From assembly GCA_963775275.1 (NCBI GenBank), contig CAVZII010000005.1, positions 1,731,445 to 1,795,444 on the forward strand: a stretch of 64,000 nucleotides of DNA. Reading direction: 5' to 3'. Positions 57,270 through 64,000 of this stretch are shown in pieces (within the stretch, counting starts at the first letter, position 1; every line of letters begins with the position of its first letter). Made by a program: the position numbers and the translations under genes. The notes under the pieces are model-generated. The model saw nothing but the letters and a program-made list of their open reading frames with translations, was not told where the DNA came from and made no database searches. Source of the stretch: an uncultured Alphaproteobacteria bacterium (GTDB lineage Bacteria; Pseudomonadota; Alphaproteobacteria; Caulobacterales; Caulobacteraceae).

Positions 57270-57420
57270 GCTCTCCTCTCCCATAGGAAGAGGATGGGGG
57301 CCCGCGCCGGAGGCGTGGGAAGGTGAGAGGTTCCGGCGACGAGGACCGAACCCCCTCGTCCTCCCGCCGCCTTTCAGGCGCCGGGCCCCTCCTTCTCCCG
57401 ATGGGAGAAGGAAGAGCACA
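57270..57420. repeat. REP/MITE-like triple-hairpin intergenic element, copy B (overlaps the moeB 3' end)
   Basis: cctctccc-ata-ggaagagg; gcgtgggaaggtgagaggtt...aaccccctcgtcctcccgc; cccctccttctccc-gatg-ggagaaggaagag. Same order, spacing and about 75% identity to copy A at 25036..25200. Confidence 0.6.
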
Positions 57421-58159
57421 CCGGGCACTCCGGATCGGGAGACAGGCCGACGGTCCGGACCTCGGCGGCGAGGGCGTCGTAGATCAGGAGGCGCCCCGAC
57501 AGGGTCTCGCCGGCGCCCGTGATCCGCTTGACGGCCTCGAGCGCCATCATCGAGCCGATGACTCCGGCCAGGGCGCCCATGACGCCCACGGCCGAGCAGG
57601 TCTCCGCGTCCGGCGGCATCTCGCTGACCAGGCACCGGTAGCAGGGCCTCTCCGGATCGAGGCCGGACTCGAAGAGCGCGAGCTGGCCGGTCCAGCGGCC
57701 GATCGCGCCCGAGACCAACGGCTTGTGTTCGGCATGGCAGGCGGCGTTCACGGCGAAGCGCGTCTCGAAGCTGTCGGTGCCGTCGAGCACCAGGTCGTAG
57801 CCCGCAACGAGGGCGCGGGCGTTGGCCTCGTCGAGCCGGACCGCATGGGGCTCGACCACGACGTTGGGATTGAGCGCGCCGAGCGCCTCGGCCGCCGCCT
57901 CCACTTTCGCCCGATCGACGTCGGCGGTCCCATAGAGCACCTGCCGCTGGAGGTTCGACAACGCCACCGTGTCAGCATCGACCAGGCCCAGCGTCCCGAC
58001 CCCGGCGGCCGCCAGGTAGAGCGCCGCGGGCGCGCCCAGGCCCCCCGCGCCGACGATCAGCACCCTCGCCGCCTTCAGGCGCTGCTGCCCCGGACCGCCG
58101 ATCTCGCGCAGCACCAGGTGGCGGGCGTAGCGCTCGACCTCCTCGTCGGTGAAGCTCAT
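57374..58159 (-). CDS. moeB: Molybdopterin-synthase adenylyltransferase MoeB / ThiF-family E1-like enzyme
   Basis: 261 aa [55 protein letters not shown].. with two CxxC zinc motifs (..CYRC.., ..CPVC..). The last ~15 codons lie inside repeat copy B. Confidence 0.85.
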   Translation of the reverse strand: MSFTDEEVERYARHLVLREIGGPGQQRLKAARVLIVGAGGLGAPAALYLAAAGVGTLGLVDADTVALSNLQRQVLYGTADVDRAKVEAAAEALGALNPNVVVEPHAVRLDEANARALVAGYDLVLDGTDSFETRFAVNAACHAEHKPLVSGAIGRWTGQLALFESGLDPERPCYRCLVSEMPPDAETCSAVGVMGALAGVIGSMMALEAVKRITGAGETLSGRLLIYDALAAEVRTVGLSPDPECPVCSSFSHREKEGPGA

Positions 58160-58223
58160 CTCGTCCTTCCGCCAATCCTGCCGCGACTTGACCGCGGCGC
58201 GCCGGGCCGCCACATGCGCCGCC

Positions 58224-58781
58224 ATGTCCGAACCGCACGCCGTCGCGCCGCCCTGGCATGGGACCACCATCCTGGCCGTACGCAAGGGGCCCGTCACCGT
58301 CATCGCCGGCGACGGCCAGGTGTCGATGGGCCAGACCGTGGTCAAGGGCAACGCCCGCAAGGTCCGGCGCCTGGCCGACGGCAAGGTGGTCGCGGGCTTC
58401 GCCGGCGCCACCGCCGACGCCTTCACCCTCCTGGAGCGGCTGGAGAAGAAGCTCGAGCAGTATCCCGGCCAGCTCGCGCGCGCCTGCGTCGAGCTCGCCA
58501 AGGACTGGCGCACCGACCGGTACCTGCGCCAGCTCGAGGCCATGCTGATCTGCGCCGACGGATCGGCGGTCTATACCGTGACGGGGACCGGCGACGTGCT
58601 CGAGCCCGAGCACGGCGTGGCGTCGGTCGGCTCTGGCGGGCCCTTCGCCCTGGCGGCCGCCCTCGCGCTCTACGACTTCGACCTCTCCGCCGAGGAGATT
58701 GCGCGCCGGGCCATGGCCATCGCCGCGGACATCTGCGTCTACACCAATTCCAGCCTGACCCTCGAAAAGGTCGAGGCCTGA
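58224..58781 (+). CDS. hslV: ATP-dependent protease subunit HslV
   Basis: 185 aa [22 protein letters not shown].. with N-terminal Thr nucleophile motif TTILAV and ..GSGG.. Start chosen inside ORF 58149..58781. Confidence 0.9.
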   Translation: MSEPHAVAPPWHGTTILAVRKGPVTVIAGDGQVSMGQTVVKGNARKVRRLADGKVVAGFAGATADAFTLLERLEKKLEQYPGQLARACVELAKDWRTDRYLRQLEAMLICADGSAVYTVTGTGDVLEPEHGVASVGSGGPFALAAALALYDFDLSAEEIARRAMAIAADICVYTNSSLTLEKVEA

Positions 58782-58793
58782 GCGAAGTCCGAC

Positions 58794-60104
58794 ATGACCG
58801 AGTTTTCCCCCCGCGAGATCGTCTCCGAGCTCGACCGCCACATCGTCGGCCATGCCGACGCCAAGAAGGCGGTCGCCATCGCCCTTCGCAACCGCTGGCG
58901 CCGCCGCCGGCTGATGCCCGAGGAGCTGCGCGAGGAGGTCACGCCCAAGAACATCCTGATGATCGGGCCCACGGGCGTGGGCAAGACCGAGATCGCACGG
59001 CGCCTGGCCAGGCTCGCCCAGGCGCCGTTCCTGAAGGTCGAGGCCACCAAGTTCACTGAGGTCGGCTACGTCGGCCGCGACGTCGACCAGATCCTGCGCG
59101 ACCTCGTCGAGGCCGCCGTGGTCATGGTCCGCGACCGGAGACGGGCGTCCGTGCGCGCCACGGCGGAGGCTCAGGCCGAGGAGCGGATCATCGAGGCGCT
59201 GGTCGGGACGAACGCGGGCGAGCCCACGCGCGACTCCTTCCGGCGCAAGCTCAGGGCCGGCGAGATCGACGACAAGGAGATCGAGATCGCGATCGCCGAG
59301 CACGCCTCGCCGTTCCAGGGCTTCGACATCCCCGGCCAGCCGGGGGCGTCGGTGGGGATGATCGACCTGTCGGAGATGATGTCCAAGGCCTTCGGCCAGC
59401 GCTCGAAGTCGCGCCGCACGACGGTGGCCCAGGCCTGGGCCCCGCTGATCGCCGAGGAGTCGGACAAGCTGCTCGACCAGGACGCCCTGACCCACGAGGC
59501 GGTGGAGCTGGCCGAGACGGCCGGCATCGTCTTCATCGACGAGATCGACAAGGTGGCCTCGCGCACCGACCGCGCCGGCGCCGACGTCAGCCGTGAGGGC
59601 GTGCAGCGCGACCTGCTGCCCCTGATCGAGGGCACCACCGTCTCCACCAAGTACGGCCCGGTGAAGAGCGACCACGTCCTCTTCATCGCCTCGGGGGCCT
59701 TCCACGTCGCCAAGCCCTCGGACCTGCTCCCCGAACTGCAGGGCCGCCTGCCGATCCGCGTCGAGCTGAAGGCCCTGACCCGCGAGGACTTCCGCCGCAT
59801 CCTGACCGAGCCCGAGGCCAACCTGATCCGCCAGCACCAGGCGCTGATGGCCACCGAGGGGGTGGAGCTGGAGTTCACGCCCGACGCCATCGACGCCCTG
59901 GCCGACGCGGCCGTCGAGGTGAACGGCTCGGTCGAGAACATCGGCGCGCGCCGGTTGCAGACCGTGCTCGAGAAGGTGGTCGAGGAGATCAGCTTCTCTG
60001 CGGGCGACCGCTCGGGCCAGACGGTGACCATCGACGGCGCCTATGTGCGCGAGCGCCTGGGCGATCTCGCCCGGAACGCGGACCTGTCGCGCTACATCCT
60101 CTAG
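58794..60104 (+). CDS. hslU: ATP-dependent protease ATPase subunit HslU
   Basis: 436 aa ..[22 protein letters not shown].. (Walker A), ..IVFIDEIDK.. (Walker B), I-domain and C-terminal sensor 2. Confidence 0.95.
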   Translation: MTEFSPREIVSELDRHIVGHADAKKAVAIALRNRWRRRRLMPEELREEVTPKNILMIGPTGVGKTEIARRLARLAQAPFLKVEATKFTEVGYVGRDVDQILRDLVEAAVVMVRDRRRASVRATAEAQAEERIIEALVGTNAGEPTRDSFRRKLRAGEIDDKEIEIAIAEHASPFQGFDIPGQPGASVGMIDLSEMMSKAFGQRSKSRRTTVAQAWAPLIAEESDKLLDQDALTHEAVELAETAGIVFIDEIDKVASRTDRAGADVSREGVQRDLLPLIEGTTVSTKYGPVKSDHVLFIASGAFHVAKPSDLLPELQGRLPIRVELKALTREDFRRILTEPEANLIRQHQALMATEGVELEFTPDAIDALADAAVEVNGSVENIGARRLQTVLEKVVEEISFSAGDRSGQTVTIDGAYVRERLGDLARNADLSRYIL

Positions 60105-60111
60105 GGTCCCG

Positions 60112-60160
60112 ATTCCGAAGTTCGCAGCCGAGGGAGCCGCCATCATCATGCGAACTTCTG
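60112..60160. terminator. Hairpin after hslU: GAAGTTCGCA-N25-TGCGAACTTC
   Basis: 10-bp inverted repeat beginning 8 nt after the hslU stop. Confidence 0.4.
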
Positions 60161-60192
60161 ATCCACCACACTAGCGAGGCTCGGGGGCGGAC

Positions 60193-61068
60193 ATGCTGCT
60201 GGAGATGATCGAAAGGAGGCGCGCCGTGCCGCTCAGCGACCTTGCCGGCAGGACCGCCGTGATCACCGGCGCCGCCTCGGGGATCGGCCTGGCGCTCGGC
60301 CGGCGCCTAAAGGCCGAGGGGATGGGTCTCGTCCTCATCGACCTCGACGCGGAGGCGCTGGACGCCGCCGCCGCCGAACTGGGCGCCCTGGCGATACCGG
60401 CCGACGTGCGCGACGCCGAGGCCATGCGGGCCGCCGCCGCCCAGGTGATGGAGCGTTTCGGCCACGTCAGCCTGCTGTGCTCCAACGCCGGCGTGTCGAA
60501 GATGGCGGGGGTCCGCCGGCTGACGGCCCAGGACTGGCGCTGGGTGTTCGACGTCAACCTGTTCGGCGCGGTGAACGTCGTCACCGCCTTCCTGCCGGCG
60601 CTGGACGCGAGCCCCGACGGCGGCCACGTCCTGATCACCGCCTCTCTGTCCAGCCTCTACGCCACCCGCTCCCAGGCCGCCTATGCCGCGACGAAATACG
60701 CCGTCGCCGCCTTCGGCGAGACCCTGGCGATGGAGCTTCAGGCCGAAGGCTCGAAGGTCGGCGTGAGCCTGCTCTGCCCCGGCCCGGTGCGCACCAACAT
60801 CGCCCAGGGCTACGCCCGGCGCGAGGCGCGCTACCGCACGCCCGAGGCGGAGACCGACGCCGGTCCCGACGTCCACTTCGAGGCGTTCATGGGGGCGGTG
60901 GTCGAGAGCGACTGGTCCACGCCGGAACAGGTCGCCGACATCGCCATCGACGGCGTCAGGCGCGGCGACTTCTGGATCATCACTCACCCCCAGCTGATGG
61001 CCTCGGTGGACGACCGCAGCCGGGCCATCACCGAAGCGAGCGCCGCGATGGCGGCGCAGGTTCGGTGA
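60193..61068 (+). CDS. SDR-family oxidoreductase
   Basis: 291 aa ..TAVITGAASGIGLALG.. (TGxxxGxG), ..NAG.., ..YAATKYA.. (YxxxK). Confidence 0.8.
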   Translation: MLLEMIERRRAVPLSDLAGRTAVITGAASGIGLALGRRLKAEGMGLVLIDLDAEALDAAAAELGALAIPADVRDAEAMRAAAAQVMERFGHVSLLCSNAGVSKMAGVRRLTAQDWRWVFDVNLFGAVNVVTAFLPALDASPDGGHVLITASLSSLYATRSQAAYAATKYAVAAFGETLAMELQAEGSKVGVSLLCPGPVRTNIAQGYARREARYRTPEAETDAGPDVHFEAFMGAVVESDWSTPEQVADIAIDGVRRGDFWIITHPQLMASVDDRSRAITEASAAMAAQVR

Positions 61069-61234
61069 GCTGAACCACATTTCCACCGTCATGGCCGGGC
61101 TTGTCCCGGCCGCCCATGGACACGGCCCGACGGACGGGGCCCGCGGATGCGGTTCGGGGTTCATGGGTCGCCGGCGCTCCGCGCTCCCGGCGGCGATGAC
61201 GGTGAGTTGGGTGAGTTCGTCCCCTCGAAGCGTC

Positions 61235-62116
61235 CTACGCCGCCCGCTCGAGTCGCGCCGCCTCGGTCCCCAGCATGGCGGCCTTGCGGGCGAGGCCCCA
61301 GTGGTAGCCGGTCAGGCGGCCGTCCCTGGCGATGGCCCGGTGGCAGGGGATCAGCCAGCTCACCGGATTGGCGCCGATCGCGGCGCCCGTGGCGCGAAAT
61401 GCGCCGGGTTTGCCGGCCAGCGCCGCCACCTGGCCGTAGGTCGCCGTGCGGCCCGACGGAATGCGCAGCAGCGCCTTCCAGACCTGGATGTGGAACGGCG
61501 GCCCGATCAGTACGATCGGCGTGGGCTCTTCGCCGCCCAGGAAGACCAGGCGGGCCATGACGGCGGCGGCCTCGTCGTCGCGGACCCACCGGGCGGCGGG
61601 CCAGCGGGCGTGCATGTCCTGAAAAGCGGCCGCCTCGCCGGTCTCGGGGTCGGTGAAGGCGAGGCCGCAAAGGCCCCGGGCCGTCATCACGAACAGGCCC
61701 TCGCCGAAGGGCGTGGGCGCCAGGCCCCAGCGCAGCTCCAGCCCCTCGCCCCGGCGGCGCGCCTCGCCCGGCGTCACCGCCTCCTGGGCGATGAACAGGT
61801 CGTGCAGCCGCGAGGGGCCGGAGAGCCCCGCGTCCAGCGCGGCGCCCAGCACGCTCTCGCCGTCCTCCAGCATCCGGCGGGCCTCGGCATGGGCGATCGA
61901 GGCGACGAAGGTCTTGGGGCTGACGCCCGCCCAGCGGGTGAAGATGCGCTGGAAGTGGAAGGGCGAGAGGCCCACGGCCTCGGCCGCCTCGTCCAGCGAC
62001 GGGTGCTCGCGCCAGCGCGCGGCCAGCCAGTCCAGGGCCCGCTCCATGCGGTGGTAGTCCCTGGCTTGTTCCTGCAGGCGCTCGAGCGACGGATCGGTGG
62101 TGAGATCGAGTGGCAT
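61235..62116 (-). CDS. AraC-type HTH fused to methylated-DNA-[protein]-cysteine S-methyltransferase (Ada-like, lacking the N-terminal Zn domain)
   Basis: 293 aa. N-terminal AraC HTH (..LDEAAEAVGLSPFHFQRIFTRWAGVSPKTF..), C-terminal MGMT (..TYGQVAALAG..NPVSWLIPCHRAI.. with the PCHR active site). My row-based reading is off by 1 nt from the track here, so coordinates are +/-1. Confidence 0.8.
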   Translation of the reverse strand: MPLDLTTDPSLERLQEQARDYHRMERALDWLAARWREHPSLDEAAEAVGLSPFHFQRIFTRWAGVSPKTFVASIAHAEARRMLEDGESVLGAALDAGLSGPSRLHDLFIAQEAVTPGEARRRGEGLELRWGLAPTPFGEGLFVMTARGLCGLAFTDPETGEAAAFQDMHARWPAARWVRDDEAAAVMARLVFLGGEEPTPIVLIGPPFHIQVWKALLRIPSGRTATYGQVAALAGKPGAFRATGAAIGANPVSWLIPCHRAIARDGRLTGYHWGLARKAAMLGTEAARLERAA

Positions 62117-62169
62117 GGCCGTCCATATATTCCCGCCGGAATGGGCCGTCCGCCCGGTTCTTGCGGTGC

Positions 62170-62661
62170 TCAGACCGGGTGCCGCTCCGCCCGCGCCGAG
62201 CGGATCGCGTCCTGGACCTGCGCCACCAGGTCGGCGCGCGCCTTCGGGCCGAGCATCTGGCCGATGACGAGCTGGCGGCCGGAGAGCATCAGGCGCGCTT
62301 CGACCCCGTAGCGGCCGGTGTCCGCCAGCTGGACCCGGGTGAAGGCGGTGGGCGAGGTCCAGACCGTGTCGCTGCGCCGGCCGTCCTCGCGCATCACCCG
62401 CACGTGGTCGGCGCAGACCTGCACCCGCTCGCGAAGGCGCGTGCGGCGATAGCTGACCAGGAAGGCGGCGCCGACCGCGACCACGTCCATGCCCAGGAAC
62501 ACCGGCACGGGCAGGGCGCCCAGGAGCCAGAAGACCGTCGCCATGACCAGGTTCAGCGTGACCAGGGCGCCGAAGAGGATGGCGAAGCCTTTCAGCGACA
62601 ACGACGGCGCAGGCGCGATCACCGCGTCCAGGTGCAGGCGGATGGCGGGCGTCGCGTCCAT
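62170..62661 (-). CDS. DUF2244-like integral membrane protein
   Basis: 163 aa with two TMs (..GFAILFGALVTLNLVMATVFWLLGALPVPVFLGMDVVAVGAAFLVSY..). Family assignment from memory. Confidence 0.6.
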   Translation of the reverse strand: MDATPAIRLHLDAVIAPAPSLSLKGFAILFGALVTLNLVMATVFWLLGALPVPVFLGMDVVAVGAAFLVSYRRTRLRERVQVCADHVRVMREDGRRSDTVWTSPTAFTRVQLADTGRYGVEARLMLSGRQLVIGQMLGPKARADLVAQVQDAIRSARAERHPV

Positions 62662-62723
62662 CGCAGCAAGATAAGCCGCCGCGGCGGCTTGGCGAAGCGT
62701 CGCCGCGCTCCCATCCTGCGGCC

Positions 62724-63404
62724 ATGGCCAAGCCCCGAGTCGCCGATCAGCTGAGGATCACCCCCAAGGAGCGCACGCGCATCCAGACGATCTTCGAGCG
62801 CTTCGCCGCCTCGAGCGCCCACCCCAAGACCGAGCTCGACTACGCCAATCCCTTCACCCTGCTGGTGGCGGTGGTCCTGTCGGCCCAGGCGACGGACAAG
62901 TCGGTGAACAAGGCGACGCAGGCCCTGTTCAAGGTCGCCGACACGCCCGCCAGGATGGCCGCGCTCGGCCCGGCCGGGCTCGAGCCCTACATCAAGACCA
63001 TCGGCCTCTTCCGGACCAAGGCGAAGAACGTCGTCGCCCTCTCGAACATCCTGGTCGGCAAGTATGGGGGCAAGGTCCCGCTGGAGCGCGATGCGCTGCA
63101 GGCCCTGCCGGGGGTGGGGCGAAAGACCGCCAGCGTCGTGCTGAACGAGCTCGACATCGAGCCGGCGATCGCGGTGGACACCCACGTCTTCCGCGTCTCC
63201 CATCGCCTGGGCCTGTCCAAAGGCAAGACGCCCGACCAGGTGGAGGCCGAACTGATGGCCAAGGTCCCCGCGCCCTACCTCACCCGCGCGCACCACTGGC
63301 TGATCCTGCACGGGCGCTACGTCTGCCTGGCGCGCCGGCCGAAATGCGAGAGCTGCGTCGTCTCCGATCTCTGCCCCTCGCGAGAGCTGTTCGTGGGGGC
63401 GTAG
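62724..63404 (+). CDS. nth: Endonuclease III (DNA glycosylase/AP lyase)
   Basis: 226 aa. HhH-GPD (..LPGVGRKTASVVL..) and [4Fe-4S] loop C-x6-C-x2-C-x5-C (..CLARRPKCESCVVSDLCPS..). Confidence 0.9.
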   Translation: MAKPRVADQLRITPKERTRIQTIFERFAASSAHPKTELDYANPFTLLVAVVLSAQATDKSVNKATQALFKVADTPARMAALGPAGLEPYIKTIGLFRTKAKNVVALSNILVGKYGGKVPLERDALQALPGVGRKTASVVLNELDIEPAIAVDTHVFRVSHRLGLSKGKTPDQVEAELMAKVPAPYLTRAHHWLILHGRYVCLARRPKCESCVVSDLCPSRELFVGA

Positions 63405-63537
63405 AGCCTTGCGGCATCGCTTTGCCGTCCTCCACGACTGGCGTGTAATGCCTGGCTTTAAGCCCGGTTGCGAAGTGGCTAAGCTCGCGTCCAGGGAGAC
63501 GCGGGTGCCGTCATCGCAACTGACATTCCGTCAGAAG

Positions 63538-64000
63538 ATGGGCGTTGTTCGCCAAAAGCTCCTTGGCGCACTCGCAAGAGCGCTTGCCGGGGTGTTTCTG
63601 CTCGGCATATCGGTGTTGGTCGGCGGCGCCACAGCCGCGCAGAGCCCACATCCACCGGATCAACCATGGTGGATTCCTGATCATTGGGTCGCCTGGTTCG
63701 ACAACGATCGTCCCTACGCCGTCGTGGCGTTGATCGCTGCGGTCGGAACCGGCGGCGGATTTGCGCTCTCAGTGTTCCAGGTTTGGTTCTCCAGAGGAGC
63801 CCGCGAAGCGACAGCTCGCATCGAGGCCCTGGAGCAACGTCTTCGCGGTCAGGTGCAGCGGCTGCAGGACAGCGTCGATGCGGCCGCGTCCGACAGCCGT
63901 GCGGGACACGCCCGCACCCAGGACTTGCTCGAGAAACTGACTGCGGATCGCGGCGACAAGCCGGATTCTCTGCCGCCCGCCACGCCCGAGGCGGTAGCCA
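63538..64000 (+). CDS. Hypothetical membrane/coiled-coil protein, 3'-truncated by the window edge, in a lower-GC segment
   Basis: Open frame from ATG 63538 to the window end (154 aa so far): MGVVRQKLLGALARALAGVFLLGISVLVGGATAAQSPHPPDQPWWIPDHWVAWFDNDRPYAVVALIAAVGTGGGFALSVFQVWFSRGAREATARIEALEQRLRGQVQRLQDS... Codon usage is less GC3-biased than neighbours. Not in the track because it has no stop. Confidence 0.4.
   Translation, partial: MGVVRQKLLGALARALAGVFLLGISVLVGGATAAQSPHPPDQPWWIPDHWVAWFDNDRPYAVVALIAAVGTGGGFALSVFQVWFSRGAREATARIEALEQRLRGQVQRLQDSVDAAASDSRAGHARTQDLLEKLTADRGDKPDSLPPATPEAVA

Overview
This is a high-GC (~68%) alphaproteobacterial chromosomal segment, most consistent with Caulobacterales by gene content and synteny (dnaK-dnaJ, hemC divergent from tsaD-gpsA, hslVU, cydAB, metXW). 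It is densely coding and mostly housekeeping. I called two tRNAs (Leu-CAA, Thr-CGT) and found no CRISPR array, transposase or integrase. Many long GC-rich ORFs in the six-frame track are antisense shadow frames and were discarded. The features that stand out are: (1) an uncharacterised acyl-activation and transfer module directly downstream of hemCD-(X)-Y, made of a fatty-acyl-AMP ligase, two PCP-like carrier proteins and two paralogous TPR/alpha-beta-hydrolase proteins arranged as a tandem-duplicated unit, convergent with a cobalamin-binding radical-SAM enzyme beside tRNA-Thr; (2) a four-gene cluster of a large Trp/Tyr-rich secreted protein, a small secreted protein whose mature N-terminus would begin His-His, and two paralogous 4-TM membrane proteins, followed by a cytochrome c' lipoprotein and a cupin; (3) a roughly 160-bp triple-hairpin REP/MITE-like intergenic element present twice, one copy supplying the 3' end of moeB; (4) five genes (sixA, clpP, flotillin, radical-SAM, 1-Cys peroxiredoxin) each disrupted by an apparent single-base +1 insertion at a doubled base, which looks like a systematic indel artefact or deliberate perturbation rather than true pseudogenes; (5) a lower-GC segment beginning after nth at the 3' edge. 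Coordinates derived from the ORF track are exact. Coordinates I read off the sequence rows (tRNAs, repeats, hairpins, small ORFs) may be off by 1-2 nt.
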